NCBI GenBank assembly: GCA_012267425.1
Contig: JAAXGO010000073.1
Location: forward strand, 1-49,554
DNA: 49,554 nt
Direction: 5' to 3'
Origin: Rhodothermales bacterium
GTDB lineage: Bacteria > Bacteroidota > Rhodothermia > Rhodothermales > Bin80
Both the position numbers and the translations under genes were made by a program. Numbering within the stretch: the first letter of the stretch is position 1; every line of letters begins with the position of its first letter. Shown here in pieces: positions 8,698 to 17,824 of this stretch. The notes beneath the pieces were generated by a model. It was not told the origin of the DNA and did no database searches. It saw only the letters and a program-made list of their open reading frames with translations.

Positions 8698-9117
8698 CTA
8701 TCGAGCGTCTAACCGCTTGAGGTCACCGTCCCAATAGAGAATATGCCTGCCGGCCGTAAGCAGGCTATGACCGCCGAGGGCGGTCGCGACGATGAAGCGG
8801 TCGACAGGGTCGGGGTGGAAGTCCAAGAGCCTGTTGACGCGGATGGCGATGGCGCCATCGTCCAGAAGCTGCGTTCGCCAGGCTGCTACGTCCTGAAGTA
8901 GCCTTATGCGCCCCTTGCGGTGTAACATGTCGATCTCCCAAAACGAAATCGCAGATACGGCCAGTGCGGCGACTCCCTCCGCACATACCGTCGCCGATCC
9001 AGGGAATGTCTTCCAGGTAGAAGTATGGTAGAGCATCGGGGAGAAGCGGTCGAGGGGCCACTCGTCCCACGTCTGGCGGACCAGCGTGCGGCGATCGTTG
9101 TGCCGGAGGTAGGTCAT
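8698..9117 (-). CDS. PIN-domain VapC-like protein, apparently degenerate
   Basis: VapC signatures: LAVSAISFWEIDMLHRKGRIRL and HPDPVDRFIVATALGGHSLLTAGRHILYW. The expected first acidic residue (LLDT...) reads MLYHTST. The last (T.D..I) reads TAGRHI. The first 27 codons (..TWDEWPLDRFSP) look like the tail of an antitoxin fused in frame. Confidence 0.5.
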   Translation of the reverse strand: MTYLRHNDRRTLVRQTWDEWPLDRFSPMLYHTSTWKTFPGSATVCAEGVAALAVSAISFWEIDMLHRKGRIRLLQDVAAWRTQLLDDGAIAIRVNRLLDFHPDPVDRFIVATALGGHSLLTAGRHILYWDGDLKRLDAR

Positions 9118-9379
9118 CCCGCCACCGGGCCCATTCCCAGTCCGCTGTCAACTTTCCCACCGTCCTGACCCATGCCGATGCGCAATTGCGGCTGGAGCGC
9201 CCGGCTCCCACTCTGAATCTCTTCATCACCTCGACCATCAGCCGTACCCGGCTGGCGTCCGCGCTCAGCTCCCTGCTTCCTTGACTTCGGCGGAGTTTAT
9301 CCGCGCGTTGAATCCGTCAGCGTACACCATCAGTTCGAGATTTATCGGCGCTTCAGATTCGATCTCACGAGCCGTTGGG

Positions 9380-10117
9380 TCAGGCTTCCAGGTCTGCCGA
9401 GAAGCCGACGATCGGCGGGTGCCGCATGAAGTCATCCCAGAAGACGTCTCCCGTCTGTGCGGGGTCGAGAGTGACGGGCACCCAGCGCAACTTCCGGAAA
9501 CCAGCCTCGCGAAATGCGGACTCGTAGGTTCCGACGGAGTAGTAGTAGTTTGTAAAGCCGAAGGAACTGCCGTCTGCCGTCGGGAACGTGTAGCGGATGA
9601 GGTCACCGTCGTGTGGTGGGATCTGGTCACACCTGCGATCGAACCCGTATTTGAGATAGCTTACGGATCCGTCAGGAGGGAGGTGCGGGTTGTCATTCAC
9701 ACCCACGAACCGTCCGCCGGGCCGCAGCACACCACTGCACACGCGGCAAAATCGGATGAGCTCAGCTTGCGTATGTGCATAGTTGAGAAGGTATGCGGCC
9801 ACCACAAGATCAACCGGCTGGTCGGGCCTAAAATCAGCCGCGTCGGCCCGGACATACGAGTATCCAACCGGCTGGCGACGCTCATTCTCCTCCGCCAACC
9901 GGATTATCTCCGACGAGAGGTCCACTCCGGTCACGGACAAAGCGCCCGCTTTCTTGATTAGTCGCGTGTAGAAGCCATCTCCGCATGCAAGGTCCAGCAC
10001 TCGGGCGCCCCGCACATTGCCGAGCGTCTGAAGGAGTGTATAGCGTTCGACGTGGTCTCGGAAGGGTAACCGTTTCGAGTTGCTGTACCCGCGGGCGATC
10101 AAGTCATATTCGGTCAT
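9380..10117 (-). CDS. Class I SAM-dependent methyltransferase
   Basis: Motif I VLDLACGDGFYTRLI, followed by VTGVDLSSEIIRLA and DLVVAAYLLNY. 245 aa. Confidence 0.85.
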   Translation of the reverse strand: MTEYDLIARGYSNSKRLPFRDHVERYTLLQTLGNVRGARVLDLACGDGFYTRLIKKAGALSVTGVDLSSEIIRLAEENERRQPVGYSYVRADAADFRPDQPVDLVVAAYLLNYAHTQAELIRFCRVCSGVLRPGGRFVGVNDNPHLPPDGSVSYLKYGFDRRCDQIPPHDGDLIRYTFPTADGSSFGFTNYYYSVGTYESAFREAGFRKLRWVPVTLDPAQTGDVFWDDFMRHPPIVGFSADLEA

Positions 10118-10395
10118 GCCAGTTTATAACTCGAACCAGTAGCTCCCGCAGACCCCCGTCGCTCGCTTACCTGCTGATATGGAAGGGCCATTTATCGGGT
10201 TGGGATCACATTGTTTCGCATGAGCCGAAAGGATGAGGTCGCCAAGAATTCAGATTCGTCGGGAGCTGACTCAATCTAATTTGCGTGGGTCTCGGGCCCG
10301 TTGCCAGACCCGGCCACATAGGAGGCACGAGCGTTCTCCTTCCGTGCTCCGGGCGACATCATTTCTTCAGCATCTTGCGATGTGATTCTTGGTTC

Positions 10396-10804
10396 TCAGG
10401 CGGCGCGCCGCTGTGTTTCGATTTCGGCGACGCCCTCTTGCATGAGTGCCCACACGAACCCGGCCAGTTCCCTCGCCACTGCCACGATCATCACGCTGCG
10501 CTTGTGTATACCCATTCCAATGTATACCTTGCTTTTCATAGGGCTGACCTCCTGTTTTAGTTTTGCGACCTCACGCGTCGTATGTGGCTCTGGCACCTCT
10601 GACCATCGGGATGCTAGCCCACGGTAGGCAACAGGGGCAGCCCTTCCATAATTTCTTGTAGGACGGCTCCAGTGCTAAGGCTTCGATCTGCCGATCCAGT
10701 TCGTCGCGATGGCCCGAGCCGAGCAGCGCCAGATACTCGCCGACCTGATCCTCCGACTCCAGCACCTTATCACGCTGGATCGCCCGCAGCCAAGTGAAGG
10801 GCAA
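10396..10804 (-). mobile_element. IS110-family transposase remnant; C-terminal fragments only, non-functional
   Basis: ORF 10571-10804 carries the coiled-coil and helix-hairpin part (ELDRQIEALALEPSYKKLW...LPWASIPMVRGARAT, compare LL.SIPGVG..TA). ORF 10396-10596 carries the extreme C-terminus (HKRSVMIVAVARELAGFVWALMQEG). The pieces are in different frames with an internal deletion. The N-terminal DEDD catalytic domain is absent. Confidence 0.5.
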
Positions 10805-10848
10805 GGCTGGAGACGTAGTCAGGGGGTCGAATAAGTTGAAAACGAGAG

Positions 10849-11541
10849 CTACCTAATTCTATGCGGAATGCGGCCTGCATTCCATTCAAGAACCAGACCC
10901 TCTGCCGTTCGCTCGGCATGGTCCTTCCCGTAGAGTGTCTCAACGAGGAATAGCGCCGGCTCAAAGCTCAGTGCGCCACCCACCGACGTAATGAATGAGC
11001 CGTCGACCACGAAGTTGACGTCGTCGAGCACGTCTACATCCGGAAACATCCTGGCAAATGCCCCACGGTCGGCGGGGAAGGTCGTCGCCATTCGTCCGTC
11101 AAGGCGTCCGGTTGCCGCAAGCGGAAATGCCCCGTCGCAGACGGTGATCACCCAGTCGGCCGCGTCGACGGCAGAAGTGAGCCAAGTCATGAAGGCGGCA
11201 TTCTCCAGATCGGCATCCATGCTGCCGACCGTACTGGGAATAACAAGGATTTGGGCCTCCGGTGCATCGTCGAAGGAGTAATGGGGTGTGATCGTAATAC
11301 CCTCGAACGTAGAGAGCGGCTTGCCGTCCGGCGATACGATAAATGGCTCGATGAAATTGTCTTGGTCGCGAAAGACGCTATGGTGTAACACGTCGTAGGG
11401 CGCTGTGAGCTCCGAATTGTACACTCCGTCCAGCACCACGAACCCCGCCTTGAGAACACCGCGTGGCGGCTCAGGCGTAGGCTGGACTTCACATGCAGCT
11501 AGAATGAGTGCCAGGAAGGCGACAGTATTAAGCCCGCTCAT
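10849..11541 (-). CDS. DJ-1/PfpI-family protein, predicted lipoprotein
   Basis: Signal peptide with lipobox LILAAC. Nucleophile elbow DWVITVCDGAFPLAATG. C-terminal VVDGSFITSVGGALSFEPALFLVE. Confidence 0.85.
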   Translation of the reverse strand: MSGLNTVAFLALILAACEVQPTPEPPRGVLKAGFVVLDGVYNSELTAPYDVLHHSVFRDQDNFIEPFIVSPDGKPLSTFEGITITPHYSFDDAPEAQILVIPSTVGSMDADLENAAFMTWLTSAVDAADWVITVCDGAFPLAATGRLDGRMATTFPADRGAFARMFPDVDVLDDVNFVVDGSFITSVGGALSFEPALFLVETLYGKDHAERTAEGLVLEWNAGRIPHRIR

Positions 11542-12644
11542 TGGTTTGCCGCGGCCTCGACGAAGAGGCTCAGCACGGTATCGGCAACCTCGAGGTTGGC
11601 GGCTGTCATGTTGATCATAGCCGCAAGAACAACCTCCGTGTCGGGCTGCATCACCAGAATCGACGTGCCGCCAACAGATCCGCCGCCGTGCGAAAGGTAG
11701 CGTCGCCCGTCTTCACGCGTTTCGATGCGCCAACCAAACCCGTAGCCAGTGTTTTCGCCGTCCGTGGTATGCTGCGGAGTAAATAGAATCTCTCGGACCT
11801 CGCCAGAGAGGAATCCGTCGCCCAGGTGGGCATTGCCGAAGCGCACTAAATCTTCGGGGCTCGAAAGAAAGCCGCCACCGGCCCACTTGTAACTGTTATC
11901 GACGTAGGGAGCATTGAGAAGCGTGCCGTCAGCACTTCGTACGTAGAATCGCACGCGTTGCGTGATGAGACTGTCGGGATGGTCGGCAACCGAGTGATTC
12001 ATTCCGAGACGTCCGAAAACCGTCTGCCGCACGTATTCCAGAAAAGGCACTTTCGCAGCTCCTTCTACGACGGCGCTGATAAGGTTCCAGCCGTGGCTCG
12101 AATAGGTGAATGCGCTCCCCGGTTCGTAGAGGAGTGTATCGGCCGCAAACATAGTGAGTCCACTCTCGACGGTCGGATACGACACGGTGCTGAAAAACTC
12201 TTCGCCGAGGTAATGCCTGATGCCGCCCAAGTGCCCGCCTAACTGGCGAGTTGTTACCGGCCAGCGCTTTTCGGGAAAATACGGCACGTAGTGCTGCACG
12301 GGGGCGTCAACGTCTAGGCGGCCTTCCTCGACGAGCAACCCGACGGCGGCTGCCGTAATCGGCTTCGAAATGCTCCCGATCCGAAACTTGTTTGTCGGCC
12401 ACATCGGCACACGCTGCTCCAGATCGGCATATCCGAAACCCTCCGACCAGACGGTCTGTCCCGCCACTAAAACACTGAGGGCGATTCCGGGATACGCCTT
12501 CTGGTGAAAATCCTTGAGGACTGCTTCACGAGAAGTTTTCACGACATCCGCGAAGCGGTGCGGTGCAGGAGCCGTGGCAAGCTGTGCGTGGGCTGCGTAG
12601 CAGAGCGGCAGGACCATTAATGCAAAGAAGACGCGGCGTATCAT
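11538..12644 (-). CDS. Exported serine hydrolase of the beta-lactamase (class C / PBP4*) family
   Basis: The internal ATG at 12644 gives the signal peptide MIRRVFFALMVLPLCYAAHAQ. SxxK motif in FRIGSISKPITAAAV; YSS/HGW region; C-terminal HGGGSVGGTS. The stop overlaps the DJ-1 start (ATGA at 11538-11541). Confidence 0.88.
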   Translation of the reverse strand: MIRRVFFALMVLPLCYAAHAQLATAPAPHRFADVVKTSREAVLKDFHQKAYPGIALSVLVAGQTVWSEGFGYADLEQRVPMWPTNKFRIGSISKPITAAAVGLLVEEGRLDVDAPVQHYVPYFPEKRWPVTTRQLGGHLGGIRHYLGEEFFSTVSYPTVESGLTMFAADTLLYEPGSAFTYSSHGWNLISAVVEGAAKVPFLEYVRQTVFGRLGMNHSVADHPDSLITQRVRFYVRSADGTLLNAPYVDNSYKWAGGGFLSSPEDLVRFGNAHLGDGFLSGEVREILFTPQHTTDGENTGYGFGWRIETREDGRRYLSHGGGSVGGTSILVMQPDTEVVLAAMINMTAANLEVADTVLSLFVEAAANQ

Positions 12645-12784
12645 GAACTTTCTTCGGTTAAGTGGTAGGAACGTGTACGACAGACCACACAGGCGGTTCA
12701 TAGCGTCTCGTTGGTGTTTCCAAAAGTGTGCTCCGAATGGTACTTTGTCGCCCGTTCTTTCCACCTACTTTGCGCCTAACACGA

Positions 12785-15700
12785 ATGCAGAGAAGCATGC
12801 TGATTCTGGCGCTGCTAGTCCTCGCAGGATGTGGCGGCGGACTGCCCAACGCTGATTCGGTTGATTATCGGGATGCGGTATCTGCATTCTACGTCGGAAC
12901 GGCAGCGATGGAGGTAGGTGAAGACGTTCGCGCCGAGGCGAAGCTCCGACTCGTCACAAAACTTGCCCCTAAAGAGCCCGCGGCGTGGGCAAACCTCGGG
13001 CTTCGCGCACTGCGCCGAGGAGAATTCGACGAAGCGGCTTCGCTTCTGGAAACGGCGCGGTCACTCGCTCCGTCCGATGGTGCCATCCTCTATCTATCGG
13101 CCCAACTTGAGGTCCTGCGTTCGAACGCGGAAGGTGCAATCGAGTATCTTCGAACGGCGGTAGACAGTGATAGCACGAATCTAAGAGCCGCCTGGATGCT
13201 CGCCGAAGAGCTTGCGATTGCGGGAGGACATGACGCTGAAGTAGACCGCCTGCGCCGTAGACTTATCGCCGCTGCCCCGCAAAATCTGGCGGTACTTCTG
13301 GCGAGCGTGCAATGGGGAGAGAGTCATAGCGAAAAGAGCCTCGAGGGGCTTGAGCGGCTGTCCGCCACCTGGGGACAGCCGGCTAGGGACCAGCTTGCAG
13401 TGCTTGCCTCTGCAATGGAGAGTGTCAACACGGACGAGGTAGCAGTGCAGGCAGCGTTTCTGCGTAATGTGCTCTTGAGCGAGCCGGCTTATCGGAAGGA
13501 CCTGGCCGCGCTACGGACACCGCGGGAAACCGTTGCGTATCCCCTTGTACGTTTCATACACATGGAAGCACCGCACTCAGCGCCTGCGGCACCAGACGAT
13601 TCGCTTGATTTTTATGTGGAGCGACTGCTACAAGACACTGTTCCGTCCAAATCATGGATAGGGGCCATTGCACTTGGCAATGCGGAGCTGCCGGCAGTTT
13701 TCTTCGCGGATTCCGAGAAAATCGAAACGCTGCGACAGGAAGAATGGCTGTTTCCTGCAGGAGGTGGCACGCCTACGCCGCATGCAGTGATCGGGATGGA
13801 CTACGATTTTGATTTTCGGGCGGACATCATAATGGCGGGCGAGGGCGGCCTGCGGATCCTGCGGCAGGATTCGACCGAGAATTTCTTGGACGTGACCGCT
13901 AGCCTGGGTCTTTCCTCCGCTGTCAGCAGAGCGTCATATACGGGAGTATGGGCCGCTGATCTTGATTTGGAGGGCGACGTGGACTTGGTGCTCGCCACCG
14001 GGAGAGGGCAAGTGCAGGTGCTTAGAAATAATGGAGACGGCACATTTATGCCAGACGATCTTTTCGCCGACGTGGACAATCTGCACAATTTTGTGTGGGC
14101 TGACTTAGACGGCGACGGGGACCCCGATCCCGCTTTTCTGTCTGGTGACGGCGTGCTTCACCTTAAGTTGAACGAGCGCCAGGGGCGATTCAGACCGTGG
14201 AACGTCCCCGCGATTGCCGCCACGCGGGACCTGACAGTGACAGACAGTAACAGTGACGGCGTGTTAGACCTTCTTCTCCTGCAAGAGAACGCGGCAATTC
14301 TGCGCCTGTCGTGGATGGAGGTTGAATGGAAAATAGATCGGATCGCAGACTGGGTGGGTGACGGCCCCGATCCGTCAGTGCGCCTTTTTGCAGCTGATTT
14401 GGACAACAACGGCGGCACTGACCTGTTGGCGAGTGGCAAGGAGCAGTCGAGGGTATGGCTGCAGGGCTCCGACTACGCATTCAGTCCGCTGGCGGCGGAT
14501 ATCGAAGCGCAGGTGTTTGCTATTGCGTCGGTGCGACGGGCTGGGCAGCTCGATCTAGTGGGCCTGGACGCCGCTGGGCAGCCCGTGCGCATGGCAGTCG
14601 TTACGACGAAGGGCTACCACTGGAAGCAGATTCACCCGCGCGCTGCGCAGGCAGTCGGAGATCAACGCATCAATTCCTTCGGCATTGGCGGGGAAGTGGA
14701 GCTCCGCTCGGGACCGCTCTACCAGAAGCAGCCGATCACGCAGCCGACAGTACATTTCGGACTTGGCAATCAGCTCTTGGCAGACGTAGCACGAATTACA
14801 TGGCCCAACGGCACGGTACAGGCCGAATTCGACATGCTCTCCGATCAGGTGATTTCCGCGCAGCAACGCCTAAAGGGATCCTGCCCATGGCTTTTCACCT
14901 TTGACGGCGAAGAAATGACGTTCGTCACCGACTTCATCTGGCGCTCGCCGCTCGGGCTTCGAATCAATGCCCAAGAAACGGCCGGCATCATGACGACTGA
15001 GGACTGGGTTCGCATTCGGGGCGACCAACTGAAGGCCGCCCCCGGTACGAACTACTGGGATGTGCGGATTACAGCAGAGTTGTGGGAAACGCATTTCTTC
15101 GACCACGTGTCACTGTTGGTCGTCGATCACTTGGCTGACACGGAGATTTTCGTGGACGAACGGTTCGCTTTTCCGCCGCCTGAACTTGCCGTCAACGTGA
15201 CGGGGCCGCTGCAGCCGGTCAGCGGCGTGTGGGACGATCTCGGAAATGACGTAACAGAGATCGTTCGGGCCAAAGACGAGCGGTATCTCGACTTCTTCGG
15301 GCGCGGCGCCTATCAGGGTATTACGCGGGACCACTCCACGACAATCGACCTTGATGACGACGTTCCCGATGCAGTCTACCTCATCGCCGAGGGCTGGATA
15401 CGGCCGACAGACAGTTCGATCAATGTCGCCATTAGCCAGGGTATACAGGCTGCGCCCAAGGGGCTGCGTGTGGATGTACCGGATGGAGGGGGAACGTGGC
15501 ATGTTCTGCACGAAAACCTGGGCTTCCCCTCAGGCAAGACCAAGACGATACTCATCGATCTCGAGGGGGCCTACCGGCCCGGGGCGCCACGCCGCGTGAG
15601 GCTCCACACCAACCTCGAGATCTACTGGGACGCCATATCATGGGCTGAGAAACGTGACCCTTCCGGTGCGAGAATTGAGCGGCTTGGACCGAACTTCGCG

Positions 15701-16180
15701 GACCTCCGCTACCGAGGCTACAGCGTCGTCCGCGAGGCTGACAAGTCATCCCCCGAACTTCCCGAATACGGCGACCTTATGACCGGCGTGCCCATCTGGC
15801 GCGACTTGATAGGCTATTACACCATGTTCGGAGACGTGCAGGAACTCTTGACCGATGTTGACGACCGCTACGTGATTATGAACGCTGGCGACGAACTGGC
15901 CTTGCGCTTTGGCCAGATCGAACCACAGCCCGAGGGCTGGCGGCGTGACTTTGTACTCGTCGGTGACGGTTGGGTGAAAGACGGTGATTACAACACGACG
16001 TATTCCACCACTGTGCGTCCGTTGCCGGAGCACGCCGTTGCTGCGTACGACCGTGAACCTGGCGCTCTTCAGAGCGACCCGGTGTACCGGCGACACGCGG
16101 CGGACTGGCAGACATACCATACGCGGTACGTCATGCCGCAGCACTTCAGCCGGGGGCTGAGCCTTAGACGCTTTCCATGA
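12785..16180 (+). CDS. Large lipoprotein with N-terminal TPR, FG-GAP/VCBS repeats and an ASPIC/UnbV domain (CRTAC1-like family)
   Basis: ATG at 12785 gives MQRSMLILALLVLAGCGGG (lipobox). TPR-like helices follow. Repeated D.DGD/D.D.DG motifs are present (DLDLEGDVDLVLA, ADLDGDGDPDPAF, TDSNSDGVLDLLLL, ADLDNNGGTDLLA). UnbV/ASPIC signature: RINSFGIGGEVELRSGPLYQKQPI...VHFGLGNQLLADVARITWPNGTVQ. About 430 aa follow that I cannot assign. Confidence 0.8.
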   Translation: MQRSMLILALLVLAGCGGGLPNADSVDYRDAVSAFYVGTAAMEVGEDVRAEAKLRLVTKLAPKEPAAWANLGLRALRRGEFDEAASLLETARSLAPSDGAILYLSAQLEVLRSNAEGAIEYLRTAVDSDSTNLRAAWMLAEELAIAGGHDAEVDRLRRRLIAAAPQNLAVLLASVQWGESHSEKSLEGLERLSATWGQPARDQLAVLASAMESVNTDEVAVQAAFLRNVLLSEPAYRKDLAALRTPRETVAYPLVRFIHMEAPHSAPAAPDDSLDFYVERLLQDTVPSKSWIGAIALGNAELPAVFFADSEKIETLRQEEWLFPAGGGTPTPHAVIGMDYDFDFRADIIMAGEGGLRILRQDSTENFLDVTASLGLSSAVSRASYTGVWAADLDLEGDVDLVLATGRGQVQVLRNNGDGTFMPDDLFADVDNLHNFVWADLDGDGDPDPAFLSGDGVLHLKLNERQGRFRPWNVPAIAATRDLTVTDSNSDGVLDLLLLQENAAILRLSWMEVEWKIDRIADWVGDGPDPSVRLFAADLDNNGGTDLLASGKEQSRVWLQGSDYAFSPLAADIEAQVFAIASVRRAGQLDLVGLDAAGQPVRMAVVTTKGYHWKQIHPRAAQAVGDQRINSFGIGGEVELRSGPLYQKQPITQPTVHFGLGNQLLADVARITWPNGTVQAEFDMLSDQVISAQQRLKGSCPWLFTFDGEEMTFVTDFIWRSPLGLRINAQETAGIMTTEDWVRIRGDQLKAAPGTNYWDVRITAELWETHFFDHVSLLVVDHLADTEIFVDERFAFPPPELAVNVTGPLQPVSGVWDDLGNDVTEIVRAKDERYLDFFGRGAYQGITRDHSTTIDLDDDVPDAVYLIAEGWIRPTDSSINVAISQGIQAAPKGLRVDVPDGGGTWHVLHENLGFPSGKTKTILIDLEGAYRPGAPRRVRLHTNLEIYWDAISWAEKRDPSGARIERLGPNFADLRYRGYSVVREADKSSPELPEYGDLMTGVPIWRDLIGYYTMFGDVQELLTDVDDRYVIMNAGDELALRFGQIEPQPEGWRRDFVLVGDGWVKDGDYNTTYSTTVRPLPEHAVAAYDREPGALQSDPVYRRHAADWQTYHTRYVMPQHFSRGLSLRRFP

Positions 16181-16955
16181 GGCGGAAGCGTACCGGGATC
16201 GCCATCATGACGGGCACGGCCTTTCCGCGCTGTCTGCCGGGCTTGAAGCGCTGCTTTAGAACGGCCTCAACCGCAGCCTCGTCAAGAATGGTGTGTACTG
16301 CCTTGGTCACTTCTGGTCGGGACGGGGTCCCTGTCGCGTCGACCAGGACTTGCACGACGACCATTCCTTCAATGCCGGCACGTCGGGCAGCCATCGGGTA
16401 CACGAGGTCCTTAGATAGCGCCTTCATCCCGCCGACTATTTCAGGCATCTCCTCGACCACGACGAAGAATTCCCGCTCGGGCTCATCATCGATGGGGTCC
16501 TCAGCCGGCGGAGGGGGCCCGGCGGCCACAAGTGGTGTGCCTATGTCCAGCGACGCGTCCAGGTCAAGGTTATCGTCCTGGAGGATTTCGTCGTCCGGCA
16601 CCACGATGGGCACGGGAGGCCGGGGCGGCGGTGGCGGCTTGACGAGTTGCCGCGTCTGAATGATTTCGGTGACGACGACAGATTCCTGCGTCAACGGCTC
16701 TAGCGATGCGGCCTCGCGTGGCTGAATGTCAAGATTGAACGCTAAGACCAGGAGAAGCAGCGTGGCGCCGCTCGAAAGCTGTAACCCCAGGCCGTGCTGC
16801 CTGCGCAGGCGGCGAAGCCGCAGATTCCGCCTTGCGAAGCTTGCTTTGAGGTTCTCTTTACTCAGACCATGCTGCTCGGACGTTGGGCGGCTTTTATAGT
16901 GGTATGCTTGGGCGTAGCCCTGGAGGAAGCGCCCAATGAGGAACGTGTTTTTCAT
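16164..16955 (-). CDS. tonB: TonB-family energy transducer
   Basis: N-terminal TM anchor and a Pro-rich spacer (KPPPPPRPPVPIVVPDDE). TonB C-terminal domain: LVYPMAARRAGIEGMVVVQVLVDATGTPSRPEV...LDEAAVEAVLKQRFKPGRQRGKAVPV. The 3' end overlaps the convergent gene by 17 nt. Confidence 0.85.
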   Translation of the reverse strand: MKNTFLIGRFLQGYAQAYHYKSRPTSEQHGLSKENLKASFARRNLRLRRLRRQHGLGLQLSSGATLLLLVLAFNLDIQPREAASLEPLTQESVVVTEIIQTRQLVKPPPPPRPPVPIVVPDDEILQDDNLDLDASLDIGTPLVAAGPPPPAEDPIDDEPEREFFVVVEEMPEIVGGMKALSKDLVYPMAARRAGIEGMVVVQVLVDATGTPSRPEVTKAVHTILDEAAVEAVLKQRFKPGRQRGKAVPVMMAIPVRFRLMESV

Positions 16956-17125
16956 TGTAAAAGGGGCAATATCTGTGAGTGATACTGACCGCTCACTCTA
17001 CGTAAGCTTCGGGATTTCGATGCACTGCCAACTAGTCTCATGACATTTTCATGCTCAGACCGTTGGACAAACATTCAGCTGCTGCGATCGTCTAATCGGG
17101 CGCGATCCAAGCCAAACGATACAGT

Positions 17126-17797
17126 ATGCTCCGCCTCGCACTGCCACTCATGTGGGCCGGCCTCGCGGCCAGTGCGGCGGCACAAGACCACGCCTTTACG
17201 ATTGCCCGGGTCAAGTATGACGGCGGAGGTGACTGGTACAGCGACGAGCGGTCGCTACCGGAGCTTCTCACCTACGTGCGTGCCAACACGCTCCTGGATG
17301 TGGATCCAAGACCGGACGTTGTCGAACTCGGAAGCGACAAGGTCTACTCGTATCCCTATCTGTACATCACAGGGCACGGCAACGTGGTGTTTGCGCCCGA
17401 TGAAGTTCGTCGCCTGAGGAGGTATTTGGACGGTGGGGGCTTCCTCCACGTTGACGACAACTACGGTCTTGACGAGGCATTTCGCCGGGAAATAGTAAAG
17501 GTGTTTCCAGGGCAAGACCTCGTCGAGTTGCCTTTTGACCATCCGATCTTTCACGCCCATTATTCGTTTCCCGCCGGGCTTCCCAAAATCCATGAACACG
17601 ACGGCAAACCCGCGCAGGGCTTCGGCCTGTTTGATTCCAGCGGACGTCTCTGTGTGTTCTATTCGTACGAAAGTGATCTGGGCGACGGCTGGGAGCCCGA
17701 GGACGTGCACGACAACCCGCCGGAGGTTCGGGAGCGGGCCCTCAAAATGGGGGTCAATATCATCGTCTACGCGATGACGCTGCCCGAACTGCCGTGA
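17126..17797 (+). CDS. DUF4159-domain exported protein
   Basis: Signal peptide MLRLALPLMWAGLAASAAAQ. DUF4159-typical block: FTIARVKYDGGGDWYSDERSLPELL...YPYLYITGHGNVVFAPDEVRRLRRYLDGGGFLHVDDNYG. Confidence 0.8.
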   Translation: MLRLALPLMWAGLAASAAAQDHAFTIARVKYDGGGDWYSDERSLPELLTYVRANTLLDVDPRPDVVELGSDKVYSYPYLYITGHGNVVFAPDEVRRLRRYLDGGGFLHVDDNYGLDEAFRREIVKVFPGQDLVELPFDHPIFHAHYSFPAGLPKIHEHDGKPAQGFGLFDSSGRLCVFYSYESDLGDGWEPEDVHDNPPEVRERALKMGVNIIVYAMTLPELP

Positions 17798-17824
17798 ATG
17801 CCTTGAATAGATGCCACAGGGAGC

